Below, one piece after another: positions 8,965 to 17,995 of a stretch of DNA of 64,000 bases (the first letter of the stretch is position 1; every line of letters begins with the position of its first letter). Below the pieces are notes generated by a model. The model ran no database searches, was not told where the DNA came from, and saw only the letters and a list, made by a program, of their open reading frames with translations. The DNA lies in sequence record PV764602.1; one strand, written 5' to 3'. Made by a program: the position numbers and the translations under genes.

Positions 8965-9232
8965 GTGCAGTACGAACGAATTCGCGGAAGTCTTGATCGC
9001 TCAGGTTGTTGATGTTGGCGCGCACCTGCTCGACGAAGTGCTCCGCTTTCAAGGGGACGCGGTTGGTAACTAGATTACCCCGAGTGTGCTTTTCACACAC
9101 GGCGCAGAAGTCCCTGTAACTCGCCCTGCGCACGTGATGCGCGGGTGTACTGTCAGGCGTGCAATCGTCGCACAGGTAAGAGGTCTTGACCTGCACGCGC
9201 ACCGAAAGATGCTTAGACTGAACTTGGTTCAT
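8948..9232 (-). CDS. Hypothetical Zn-finger-like protein
   Basis: CDDC and CAVC pairs. Confidence 0.55.
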   Translation of the reverse strand: MNQVQSKHLSVRVQVKTSYLCDDCTPDSTPAHHVRRASYRDFCAVCEKHTRGNLVTNRVPLKAEHFVEQVRANINNLSDQDFREFVRTALDAME

Positions 9233-9444
9233 TTACCCAACTCCTTGTAGAAAGCAATGTCCAACCGCCATGTGGCGAAGACGATCAGGGCGACCAGCAG
9301 GTTGATTGATCCGATGATCGAGAACGCAAGCCCTAACGATTTGAAGAAGGCTGGCAGCGCGCACATGATGCTGCCGATGAGGGTGCCCACAATGAGGTTC
9401 TTGCCCTTATGGCGCTTGAACCACGGAATGAATCGCATATCCAT
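9229..9444 (-). CDS. Small two-TM membrane protein
   Basis: Start MDMRF; two hydrophobic helices. Confidence 0.5.
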   Translation of the reverse strand: MDMRFIPWFKRHKGKNLIVGTLIGSIMCALPAFFKSLGLAFSIIGSINLLVALIVFATWRLDIAFYKELGK

Positions 9445-9677
9445 TAGCGCTTCCCTGGCTTGGTCTTTGGCATGCCGATGGCGCTTGAAGCAGCCCGGCG
9501 ATCCTTGGATGATTTGATCTTGAGTGCAGCGTCGGCGTGGCACTTGGCCGTGTAGATGTTGAACGTCTCTCCGGTACGCTCGCTACGTACCTTGCTTTCC
9601 AGTGCGCCATACTCGATGACTTTGTGAATGCCATCGCGGCCTTCGACGCGGCAGAACTTGTCCCAAGACTGGATCAT
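9444..9677 (-). CDS. Hypothetical basic protein
   Basis: AGGGG SD; stop overlaps the next start. Confidence 0.5.
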   Translation of the reverse strand: MIQSWDKFCRVEGRDGIHKVIEYGALESKVRSERTGETFNIYTAKCHADAALKIKSSKDRRAASSAIGMPKTKPGKR

Positions 9678-9719
9678 TGCGTTACCCCTTGTGGTGAATA
9701 GTCAGGCGATGCCCGTGCG

Positions 9720-10064
9720 TTACTTGATGATGAGCTTTTGATTGGAGCAGCAGTCCAACAATTGCTCGTACACTTCCGGTGTTACGTTGACACAGCCAGC
9801 GGTAATGCCTCGGCGGTCAGCAGGGTTGTCTGACTGGATGCGACGTTCCCGATGCTGTGCGTTGCCAAGTGTGTAGGTGCGGTGGATAGCAGACACGCCC
9901 TTGGCAGTGTGCCTGAACATGAGAACGTCGCCGCCGTATCCCGGCCAGTCCGTCTCAGCGTGCGTCATCTGAAACTCGCCGCGCGGAGTATCGGTTCCTA
10001 CTAAAGCAGGATGGCACTGACCCGCAAAGCAAATCAGCGCCAACGTCACGTCTACGATTACCAT
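9720..10064 (-). CDS. Minimal L,D-transpeptidase (YkuD) catalytic-domain protein
   Basis: LVGTDTPRGEF, SAIHRTY and ITAGCVNV carry the YkuD His...Gly-Cys signature. Confidence 0.75.
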   Translation of the reverse strand: MVIVDVTLALICFAGQCHPALVGTDTPRGEFQMTHAETDWPGYGGDVLMFRHTAKGVSAIHRTYTLGNAQHRERRIQSDNPADRRGITAGCVNVTPEVYEQLLDCCSNQKLIIK

Positions 10065-10080
10065 GATCCTTTCCTTGAAA

Positions 10081-10106
10081 GGAGGGGCAGCCTAAGCCAC
10101 CCCTCC
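10081..10106 (-). terminator. Hairpin or weak intrinsic terminator
   Basis: GGAGGGGTGGC-TTAG-GCTGCCCCTCC then TTTC on the minus strand. Confidence 0.5.
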
Positions 10107-10112
10107 GGTGAA

Positions 10113-11486
10113 TCAACCTTCGATCTTGCTGCGGATGATGTACTGCACCGGCTTCACTTCCTGCGGCAGTTCGCACAGGCGAAGCTGGATGGTAGTGACC
10201 ATGCGCTGATTGGCGCTCGACGTGCCCATGCCAGCCTGACCCCATTCCTGACTGCGACCACCGCCGCCCAGCGCAACGTTGCGGTTACCCGAAACACCAA
10301 CCACCGTGGTGAACATGGTGACCTGATGCCCGTAGTAGCGCGGGCCAGTCGGACCTTCAAAGGTCAGGTACGGCACCAAGTTACCATTGGCATCGGTGTA
10401 GGGCACCAGTTCCTGGGTGATGCCTTGGTCGATGCTCGACTTGATGAACAGGCCGTGGAAGGTTCCGTTGACTCGCTCAGTCACAACCTTTTGCAGCGGA
10501 CCACAGGCCGACGTTTCCTTGATGATGTTGCCAGTGGCGACATACGAGGAAGGAGTCAGCGGCACGACAGCTGGGATGCTCAGGGCCAGTGCGCGGTAGC
10601 TCGAATTGTTGGAAGCGTCAACGTGCGTGCTGCTGTTGCCACTGCCATCATTCGACATGCTGCTCGACTGCCCACCAACCTTGGTGCTGGTCGATTGGCC
10701 ACCGACATTGGTGGACTGACCAACCGCGTTGGTGTTGGCGCTGCTCTGGCCCTGCGAGGCCGAGTTCGCATTCTTGTTGCTGCTGTTACCGCTGCCGTCA
10801 TTCGACAGGCCGTTGATGCTGCTCTGGCCCAGCGCGTTGGTATTGTTGCCCGTGGTTGCCGAGTTGTTACCTCCGGTCAGCGCGTTCGCGTTGCCATTGG
10901 TATTGCTGCTCGACTGACCTTGGCCTTGCGATGCGGAACCGCCCTGACCACCCGCACCACCTGCACCACCAGCGCCGCCGTTGGCAGTGGTCGTGTTGTT
11001 CGACCCGTTGCCATTGCCCATGTTGCTGTTGGAACTGTTGCCGCCGTTGATGGCGTTGGCGTTGGAGGAATTGCCGCCCGTCATATCGCCCGTGCGGTTG
11101 CCACCATTCGACAGGGAGTTTCCGCCGCTGCTACTCGACGTGTTGCCAACCGAGGAACGGTTGTCGTTGTCGTTGTTGCTCAGGTTGCCTGTGGCCGAAC
11201 CGCCTGCGCCACCCTGAGCATGACCACCCTGCACCGTGTTGCCGCTTTGGTCAACCGTGTTACCGCTCTGCTGGAGGTTGTTCTCACCAGTGTTGCTGTT
11301 GCCCGATTGGTTCGATGCAGTCGAGTTGCCGATCTGCGTGGAGTTGGAATTGGTGTTGTCCGCCGTGGTGGACGTGTCACCCATGTTCTGATTGGAGCAG
11401 TTGACCGTACCTTCGGGGCACGGCGGGTTCTGCGCCAGTGCGGAGAACGGCAGGGACAGGGCCAATGCAAGAATGAGCTTATTCAT
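10113..11486 (-). CDS. Secreted Asn/Gly/Ser/Gln-rich low-complexity protein with globular C-terminal domain
   Basis: Signal peptide MNKLILALALSLPFSALA; ~270-aa N/G/S/T/Q tract; C-terminal domain with two Cys. Confidence 0.8.
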   Translation of the reverse strand: MNKLILALALSLPFSALAQNPPCPEGTVNCSNQNMGDTSTTADNTNSNSTQIGNSTASNQSGNSNTGENNLQQSGNTVDQSGNTVQGGHAQGGAGGSATGNLSNNDNDNRSSVGNTSSSSGGNSLSNGGNRTGDMTGGNSSNANAINGGNSSNSNMGNGNGSNNTTTANGGAGGAGGAGGQGGSASQGQGQSSSNTNGNANALTGGNNSATTGNNTNALGQSSINGLSNDGSGNSSNKNANSASQGQSSANTNAVGQSTNVGGQSTSTKVGGQSSSMSNDGSGNSSTHVDASNNSSYRALALSIPAVVPLTPSSYVATGNIIKETSACGPLQKVVTERVNGTFHGLFIKSSIDQGITQELVPYTDANGNLVPYLTFEGPTGPRYYGHQVTMFTTVVGVSGNRNVALGGGGRSQEWGQAGMGTSSANQRMVTTIQLRLCELPQEVKPVQYIIRSKIEG

Positions 11487-11593
11487 AGATTCCTTTTAAG
11501 GACGCCTTCGCTTTAATCGTAACCCTGCGCCTCGGGTTACCGCGCTAATGTGAAGCAGGGATACACCATGTATCCCTGCTCTACTACCGAAGA

Positions 11594-12232
11594 TTACTCT
11601 TCGTCTTCCTCGTCGTCGCCGTTGTCATCCGGGTCTTCCGTGATGGCTTCCTGCGCGGCGCGTGCTGCCTTCTTTTCCGCACGCTTGCGTTCCTGGGCTG
11701 CCTCTTCCTCCGCTTCGCGTGCAGCACGCTCTGCATCGGCGACGGCCTGACGTGCCTGGAACACTTGTTCCATCGACTCACCCAGCGCGCCGTCCAGCAG
11801 TTCTTCCAGCAGCTTGTCAGCGCTCAGTTCGCCTTCGGCCGTCGCATCCTTGTTCGCCAGAAGGGCCGCAGCCTTCTTCTTGAGAACCTTGATGTGCGGC
11901 ATGACGTTGACCTCGTAGTTCTCGGCCAGTTCCTTGCTGGTGAACAGCTTCCCGTCCTTCGCCTTGTAACGCGTCACCTTGACCGCGCCAGTGGAACCGG
12001 CTTCAACCGTGAAGCTGCCGTCAGCGTGTGCCTTGATCGCGTTGCGGTAGTCTGCGATCAGGCCGCCGATTTCCCCTTCGATCAGTTCACGGAACATGTT
12101 GGCCTTGCGATCCTGCGCGCCTTCCAGTGCAGTCTGGATCAGACCACGCATCTGTGCGAGGCAGACGGCCTCTTCCGACTGGAACAAGGTGTTGGTGCCA
12201 TCGGCGATCCAGCGAGCGACTTTCTTTGCCAT
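11594..12232 (-). CDS. Hypothetical protein with coiled coil and acidic tail
   Basis: Twice-repeated R-(W/Y)-x-A-x(0-1)-DG-x-x-(x)-LF-x-S-x-E motif. Confidence 0.65.
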   Translation of the reverse strand: MAKKVARWIADGTNTLFQSEEAVCLAQMRGLIQTALEGAQDRKANMFRELIEGEIGGLIADYRNAIKAHADGSFTVEAGSTGAVKVTRYKAKDGKLFTSKELAENYEVNVMPHIKVLKKKAAALLANKDATAEGELSADKLLEELLDGALGESMEQVFQARQAVADAERAAREAEEEAAQERKRAEKKAARAAQEAITEDPDDNGDDEEDEE

Positions 12233-12271
12233 GATGCTACTTCCTTCTTTGAGTGATGTTGCGAGTGGGTG

Positions 12272-12781
12272 TTACGGAGTGGTGGGTTCTTGCTCGATTT
12301 CTTGGACAGCAGCGAGCACTTCTGCTTCGGGAATCTCGATGTAGTTGGATTCCCAATCCAACTTGCCGAACGGCAGCATGAGGCATTCATCCGGTTCCAT
12401 TACAATTGGCACGTCGTTGTTATGTGCCATGAGGCGTGCAATTGCCTCCTTGAGGGTCGGCGCCATCACCGACTTATCGTAGATGAAAATGTCGTTCTGT
12501 TCTTTTTCGTGATCTTCCTTGAAGGTGTAGTAGAGACGGTACTTGTTGTTGGGAAGTCGAGGCTCCATAACCTCTTCTTCATCATCGACATAATCGTCCG
12601 AAGAATCCGTGGCGACTTTGCCATAGGACTCACGGTACAGTTCACCCATGCGGCTGAGGTCGTCAGGAAGTGACGCAGTGACCGAGAGTGCTCCGTTGCA
12701 GTAGCGAACAACGAAAACCTCTTGCTCGCCGCCGTCAACGTCAATGACAAGGGTATCCCCTTCCGCGATTACGATACGCAT
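12272..12781 (-). CDS. Hypothetical acidic protein
   Basis: 169-aa ORF. Confidence 0.6.
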   Translation of the reverse strand: MRIVIAEGDTLVIDVDGGEQEVFVVRYCNGALSVTASLPDDLSRMGELYRESYGKVATDSSDDYVDDEEEVMEPRLPNNKYRLYYTFKEDHEKEQNDIFIYDKSVMAPTLKEAIARLMAHNNDVPIVMEPDECLMLPFGKLDWESNYIEIPEAEVLAAVQEIEQEPTTP

Positions 12782-13185
12782 TAAAGCTCCCCGAGCTCTT
12801 GCTCGATCAGGTTGAGATTGATTTCAAGTTTACGCGCCTGCTCCGTAAACTCATTGGCTTCGACATGGAGCCGCCGAATATCCGAGGGTAGCGACCACAG
12901 CACTTGATGCGCAACCACGACACACCCGAAGATCAGCGCCACGATGGGAATTGCTATCATCGGGATGTTGTTCGCAAAGATGGACAGTACAATAAGCGTC
13001 ATAAGCGTCACCAGCATCACTGCTGCACCCAGCAACCCGAACATACGCACGCGGCGCAGTTTCTTGATCGCCTCGAACTTGATGCGTCGCATCGCGTACA
13101 GGTGCCCGATGTGCGACACCAAATCATCCTTGGCGTCCGTGAGCACCTGTATCCGCATCTTGTTCCGCCAATTATCCGTAATCAT
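12781..13185 (-). CDS. Two-TM membrane protein
   Basis: Hydrophobic hairpin flanked by coiled segments. Confidence 0.6.
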   Translation of the reverse strand: MITDNWRNKMRIQVLTDAKDDLVSHIGHLYAMRRIKFEAIKKLRRVRMFGLLGAAVMLVTLMTLIVLSIFANNIPMIAIPIVALIFGCVVVAHQVLWSLPSDIRRLHVEANEFTEQARKLEINLNLIEQELGEL

Positions 13186-13439
13186 TCAGTACCTACCTGC
13201 GAGGAAGAGTAGAAGGCCGCTTGCTCCTGTTTCAGTTCGGCCTTGCGGTGGAAGAACGTGGCCCGACGCCACATGAGGACAATGTAAGCAACCACTGCGA
13301 TCAACCCGATCGTCCAGTGGATGAAGACCGCCAGAGCGATCCCGACGATCAGTACGAGGTACATGATCGTCGTGTGTTTCTGGATCGCATCCCTGCACCT
13401 GCCCAAGTCTGCGATCACGTCCGAGTAAGTGCGGCTCAC
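13182..13439 (-). CDS. Small two-TM membrane protein
   Basis: Hydrophobic hairpin; GTG start overlapping the upstream stop. Confidence 0.55.
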   Translation of the reverse strand: MSRTYSDVIADLGRCRDAIQKHTTIMYLVLIVGIALAVFIHWTIGLIAVVAYIVLMWRRATFFHRKAELKQEQAAFYSSSQVGTE

Positions 13440-13981
13440 GGCAGAATCTCCAGTTCATCGAACGAAGGCACGCCATGTACCCGAGACTCGCCGCGCTTTA
13501 CGTAAGCCTTGCCCGGCACCGTGGGGCGATACCCCCATGCGTAGCTGGCCAGAGCGCCTTCCCCTTCGGTCTTCATGATGAGGTTCTCCGGCTTGAAGTG
13601 CGGCGATGCCTTGATGGCATCGAGTTCCGCTTGGTCCCACACCGGGAAACGCCAGTCGTGGTTGACGTTATCCACTGTCGTGATTAAGCCGTTCAGACGG
13701 CCCGGCGTCAACCACTGTTTCGTTGCAAGATCATATGCCAGCGTGCGGCACATGCTGCCCGTGCACTCGAAACCCGAGTGGTTTATCAGGCGCACCTCGT
13801 CAGTGACTGGCTCCACGATCCAACCGCGTGGATGGGTGCCAAGCTTGCCAACGATCATGAACTCCGTATCCTCGTCAAGGGCCATGCCCTCGGCGGCACG
13901 GGCGAGCACAAGAATCTGATTGCCCACTCGGGTGGAGAAATTGTTGCGGCGGTTGTCACGAACAAAGATGAGGTTCTTCAT
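13436..13981 (-). CDS. Hypothetical phage protein
   Basis: ATG at 13981 with AGGA SD; HSGFECTGSMCRT...TPGR motif. Confidence 0.6.
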   Translation of the reverse strand: MKNLIFVRDNRRNNFSTRVGNQILVLARAAEGMALDEDTEFMIVGKLGTHPRGWIVEPVTDEVRLINHSGFECTGSMCRTLAYDLATKQWLTPGRLNGLITTVDNVNHDWRFPVWDQAELDAIKASPHFKPENLIMKTEGEGALASYAWGYRPTVPGKAYVKRGESRVHGVPSFDELEILP

Positions 13982-14000
13982 TGATCCGTCCTCGGATGCG

Positions 14001-14261
14001 TTAGAGTTTGAGCTTGATGACAGTGGCGTGGTCCCACTCTTCCGGCTTGCGCGCATCGTTGTCGTACTTGACCATGCGCGCTTGATGCAACCACTCTTCG
14101 AGTGTGCACCAGTTGAGGTGCAGGATTGGAACGCTGGATTCGATAGCGTGATCCTGATCCTCCCCGATGAAGTAGTGATAGCCTTCACCCTTCACCAGTT
14201 CCAGCTTCATGCCCTCCGCTGCGATAGCGGCGTTTACTTTCTTGTAGGTCAGACGTGCCAT
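14001..14261 (-). CDS. Hypothetical protein
   Basis: Start MARLTY with GAGGA SD. Confidence 0.55.
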   Translation of the reverse strand: MARLTYKKVNAAIAAEGMKLELVKGEGYHYFIGEDQDHAIESSVPILHLNWCTLEEWLHQARMVKYDNDARKPEEWDHATVIKLKL

Positions 14262-14271
14262 GATCCGATCC

Positions 14272-14700
14272 TCAGTAGGAAGCGACGTTGACCGAAATGC
14301 GATCAACGATGTTGCGCTGCGCGACTTCATCACACACAAGCATGACCGAAGCCTTGTCGTCTTCCGTAGGGCGATGACCCTGCAACTTCCACTTGGTCCG
14401 AACGTCAACCACGCAACCGCACAGCACGTCAGCGCTAACGTCGTAGCCCGAAGAGTAGCCCAGCATCGGAGCAACTACACTCCGACACTGGCGCATATCA
14501 GCCAAGGCTGCATCGTTCATGGTTGGCTCCGATCCCACCGCAGCCTTGACGCTATTGACGATGCGCGTGGGCAGCTTGCTCGTCTCTTCCGAGAAGAGCT
14601 TGCCCGGGTTGACGTGGACAAAGGCGGCGAGTGCGAGCATCCCGCAAACAACCTTGGCAGCGGCGGCGATGAATTCGTTGGTGGTCGGGGCAGTGTTCAT
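14272..14700 (-). CDS. Hypothetical membrane-anchored protein
   Basis: Start MNTAP with AGGAG SD; N-terminal hydrophobic segment; four Cys in the soluble part. Confidence 0.55.
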   Translation of the reverse strand: MNTAPTTNEFIAAAAKVVCGMLALAAFVHVNPGKLFSEETSKLPTRIVNSVKAAVGSEPTMNDAALADMRQCRSVVAPMLGYSSGYDVSADVLCGCVVDVRTKWKLQGHRPTEDDKASVMLVCDEVAQRNIVDRISVNVASY

Positions 14701-14728
14701 TGCGTTGTCTCCTATGGAGTGCGTTAAA

Positions 14729-14753
14729 GGGCACGCCAAAGTTTGGCGTGCCC
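14729..14753 (-). terminator. Perfect inverted repeat, probable terminator
   Basis: GGGCACGCCAAA-G-TTTGGCGTGCCC. Confidence 0.6.
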
Positions 14754-14759
14754 ATTTCA

Positions 14760-14951
14760 TTAGCGGCGATTGCGAAGGCGGACTGCTTCGTCGCGTTCGT
14801 CAAAGTAGAGCGGCAAGGGATCGTTCTCAATCCCGTTTATCATGTTCTCGATTCGTTGCGCCCCGTCTTCTGCGCGTTGGTCAAGATTGTGTGAAGCGAT
14901 GGCCCGTCTCTTTGCAGGGATGCGCGAGGTGTACTGTACGAGCTTCCTCAT
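14760..14951 (-). CDS. Small hypothetical protein
   Basis: Start MRKLV with GGAG SD, downstream of the extended -10 promoter. Confidence 0.5.
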   Translation of the reverse strand: MRKLVQYTSRIPAKRRAIASHNLDQRAEDGAQRIENMINGIENDPLPLYFDERDEAVRLRNRR

Positions 14952-15028
14952 GTTGTCTCCGATGAGTGCGTTATTTTCAAAGTGTGTTTGGCGTGCTGCA
15001 TACGACAGGCACACTACTCCACACGTAC

Positions 15029-15039
15029 ATTATAGCACA
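15029..15039 (-). promoter_or_regulatory. Extended -10 sigma70 promoter (early)
   Basis: Minus strand TGTGCTATAAT matches TRTGnTATAAT; lies downstream of a hairpin plus T-tract that follows the helicase gene. Confidence 0.7.
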
Positions 15040-15146
15040 AGTAAATCGGGGTGCACGCCACCCCTGATTCCCGTTAAGCTGCCGTTCAGGTTCAGTTCGA
15101 GCACCCTTTGAAAAATCGAGGGGTCGGAACACCCTCGTTTCAGGGC

Positions 15147-17051
15147 CTACGCTTCCTGCGCCCTCGCTTCCTTCATTTCCGCCTTTACCTTATCCAGTGC
15201 CTCCTGCACTTCCTCCAGCCGGGCCATGAGTTCAGGCGACTCGACCGTTTTTAGCTGCTTACGCAAACGGTACATTTGCACCGACAGGGAATTGTACTGA
15301 GGCCAGCGCTTTCGGAAATCCGTCAAGGCTACGCTACGTCGCTTTTTCAGCGCGGCTTTTTTGCCTAGTCCCTTTGTCGATACGCGCTGCTGCGCCTCTT
15401 CGGATCGTAGGTGCTGAACACTCCACGGCGTATAGCTGCCCAACTTCTCCATCCAATTGCGATCCACAATGGGGAGGTGACTCATGCGCGCACAGATCAA
15501 TTCTGCCAGTCCAAGAGTTGGAACCACCGCTATCATAGGTTCCTCGCTCAGATGGTTTCTGATACAACCCCGACCAATTGATTGAATGGCCTTGTCCACC
15601 ACGAAATCCTGTCGGGCATCATACTTGGGGAGCAGGGCTTGCAGCAAACGCTCAAGTGGCTTGTCCGGATTCACTGCGGCCAAGAAAGCTACCACGTTAC
15701 TGTCTCGGTACGCATTCGTACCCTCAACGCGTCCAAGGTCTAGATACTGAAAATGATCCGGGTTGAGTTTGTGCTTGTCGTATCCCTTGTTGACGATGAT
15801 CGGGTTGACGGTAGTAGGGGGATGCTTCTTCCACCACAGCTGCGCGATCTTTTGCACGCACCGCATTTGCCATTCCAAGACATTCAGGTGGCACCCAGCT
15901 TCATCCATGTACTTGACCATAGCGCGTTGCGACTTGCGTAGCTTGGCAGGGTAGGCTCCTGCGGAGTTCATGTACTCGCTTAGATCGCGCAAGGTGCTTG
16001 TAGAGATACCGAGTTCGTCTTTCTTTTCCTTGAATGAAGTCAATTTGCTCTTCGGGAGAATCATTCCGCCATCTAGCAGGTACTTGCTTGGCATCTGCGG
16101 AGTGTCGAGTAGTGGGATCAGGATCAGATGCTTGCACCTGTGCATGATCGTATTCAGCGCCTTACCTAGTCCGCCCTCTGCATATTTCTCCAAGAATTCT
16201 GCGGTGGCATTGCGGACGCTACATCCCTCCATCTTCAACAGATGATACATCTGGGATGTTTCAAAATCTGCTGACAGAATGTAGACAGCTTTGAACCCCG
16301 TGAACGGGTTGGACGGCAGGGTGATCCTCACTAGACGTCGTTTTGATTGGGTGCCTTCAAACATGCCATACACTTTCAAGCGTGTAGGCTGTGACGGCTC
16401 CGGCACAATGCTCAGGTAGAGTTGGTCTAGCTGCTTGTAAGAACGGGCCGCTCCTTTGGTGCGCAGCTGTGCGAGAATCTCCGCCTTTACTGTGCGCCTA
16501 GCAGTGATCTGGCTGATGCCGCTTGCCCCAACCTCCTTGGTCTTGAAGAGACTGTGGAATAACTCTTCTACGCCTGCATCCATCTGAACTGAGTCCAGCA
16601 TATCAGCCCACTTCCGACTTTCGTCAAAGAGCACAGTAGTCTTCTTGAATGCAGGAGATTTGCGCAGGCTGATGAATGCGTGATGGGTGATGAACAGAAC
16701 TGAGCCCGGCAGGAAGTCTACAGCGTCGAGGGAGGACACACCCCTCCCGAGTAGGATATTGTTGATCTTGTCCTTGACCTTCTGCCCGCCCGCATTCCGA
16801 GTCCCCTTACCACTACTGATGCTGATGATTCTGTCGTGGTACTTCTTGGGTAGTACAGCACGCAGACCTTCCATCGTCTGCTCGAAAAGATTGATGGTCG
16901 GGGCCACATAGAAGACGTAACCCCTATGATGTTTCTTGGATTTCTTCTGAGACTTGGCACCGAGAATGATGTGGCGTCTCATGAACGCAATTGCTGCGGA
17001 GGTCTTGCCTGTTCCGGGCGGTGCTGACACGTAGTTGATAGATACAGTCAT
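15147..17051 (-). CDS. SF2 helicase-like protein, candidate origin-binding/replication initiator
   Basis: Walker A APPGTGKT, Ia YVAPTINL, LFITHHAF, Walker B VLFDES, motif VI QSIGRGCIR; basic coiled-coil C-terminus. Confidence 0.75.
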   Translation of the reverse strand: MTVSINYVSAPPGTGKTSAAIAFMRRHIILGAKSQKKSKKHHRGYVFYVAPTINLFEQTMEGLRAVLPKKYHDRIISISSGKGTRNAGGQKVKDKINNILLGRGVSSLDAVDFLPGSVLFITHHAFISLRKSPAFKKTTVLFDESRKWADMLDSVQMDAGVEELFHSLFKTKEVGASGISQITARRTVKAEILAQLRTKGAARSYKQLDQLYLSIVPEPSQPTRLKVYGMFEGTQSKRRLVRITLPSNPFTGFKAVYILSADFETSQMYHLLKMEGCSVRNATAEFLEKYAEGGLGKALNTIMHRCKHLILIPLLDTPQMPSKYLLDGGMILPKSKLTSFKEKKDELGISTSTLRDLSEYMNSAGAYPAKLRKSQRAMVKYMDEAGCHLNVLEWQMRCVQKIAQLWWKKHPPTTVNPIIVNKGYDKHKLNPDHFQYLDLGRVEGTNAYRDSNVVAFLAAVNPDKPLERLLQALLPKYDARQDFVVDKAIQSIGRGCIRNHLSEEPMIAVVPTLGLAELICARMSHLPIVDRNWMEKLGSYTPWSVQHLRSEEAQQRVSTKGLGKKAALKKRRSVALTDFRKRWPQYNSLSVQMYRLRKQLKTVESPELMARLEEVQEALDKVKAEMKEARAQEA

Positions 17052-17109
17052 GTTTCTCTGTCCTAGAAAAGCGCCTGCCGTGGGCGGCGCTGCTGCCTGA
17101 TATTTACAG

Positions 17110-17588
17110 GATTTCTAACTGTAGAAATCAGGCCCAGTTATGGCCTTCCTAAAACCTGGGATTTTTGTGTCAGGATACCTACATGCTCATTTGAATCTCG
17201 GTAGGGTGAGACGCGTAGCGTCGAATCCCTAGGTAGGCGCAGCCTACCACCTAAAGGTGCACTTCTCGGTAAGCCAGCGATCCTTTAGGATCGCTGGCGT
17301 TTCGCGGTCGTCGCTTACGCGCCTCCCTTGAATATCCCTAGGGAGAGAAATTTCCCCCTAGAGTTGTTAGAAATACTACTCTTACTTTATAGGAGTACGA
17401 TTTCTAACAAAATTCCTGAAAAGTTGCATCTGTGTAGCCGGGAACCGACTCTACAGGGCCTCCCGTTCAATCCTGTGTAAAACACCTCACTTTGCAATTC
17501 CTTTAGGAGTTCGATTTCTAACAACCACCCTGCTGCGGCTGTAGAAATCCCTTCCGATTTCTAACACCCTTTAGGAGTTCGATTTCTA
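17110..17588. repeat. Iteron-like (G)ATTTCTA(AC) repeats and palindromes; candidate replication origin
   Basis: Eight copies in both orientations (17110, 17122r, ~17368r, 17399, 17513, 17542r, 17556, 17581). CTTTAGGAGTTCGATTTCTA is exact at 17501 and 17569; 12-bp-arm palindrome at 17273-17298. Confidence 0.65.
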
Positions 17589-17995
17589 CATGCGATCCCC
17601 CTAGACACGCCAGCGTTACAGTAAAATCGCCCTTATTTCGCAGTTCTGGGCTTAATCTTCGGTCTATTACCGTCCCAGCCTCTTGGGAGGGCCTAAACTG
17701 GCAAAATAAGGGTCCGAACTGCCTCATTTGCGGAAATACGTTTCCGGCAGTTCTGCCCTTACGGAACCACCCCGCACGGGTCAGGATCGACCCAGGAGGG
17801 TCAGAATGGGTCCAGAAGGCCAAAATCGCCTAGGATCGAGCATATCTACGCTGGATGCACGTTGTTTTCTCGCAATTTGAGTGTACGAGGGCGATAGAAC
17901 CCCTCAGCCTACCATCACCTGCTCTGGCGTTGTCCGGGTTGGGGTGGAAATTGTGTCATAACAACTTACGGACAACTTCAACTGAGGAACACGTT

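Noticed and set aside
10113-11486. Ice-nucleation protein or true curlin
   Set aside because: No AGYGST octapeptide repeats and no regular CsgA-type repeat register; only the composition is similar
10011-11516. 501-aa plus-strand ORF, and other long antisense ORFs (18023-19804, 19869-21800, 25949-27982, 42333-43655, 54516-54971, 61959-62963)
   Set aside because: Shadows of strongly codon-biased genes on the opposite strand; no SD or recognisable domains
12781-13439. Small two-TM proteins as holins
   Set aside because: They lie in the early accessory block far from the lysins; many similar small membrane ORFs occur there and none has a distinguishing feature
17110-17588. Repeats as a CRISPR array or mini-array
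   Set aside because: Copies are short, in mixed orientation and irregularly spaced; no cas genes
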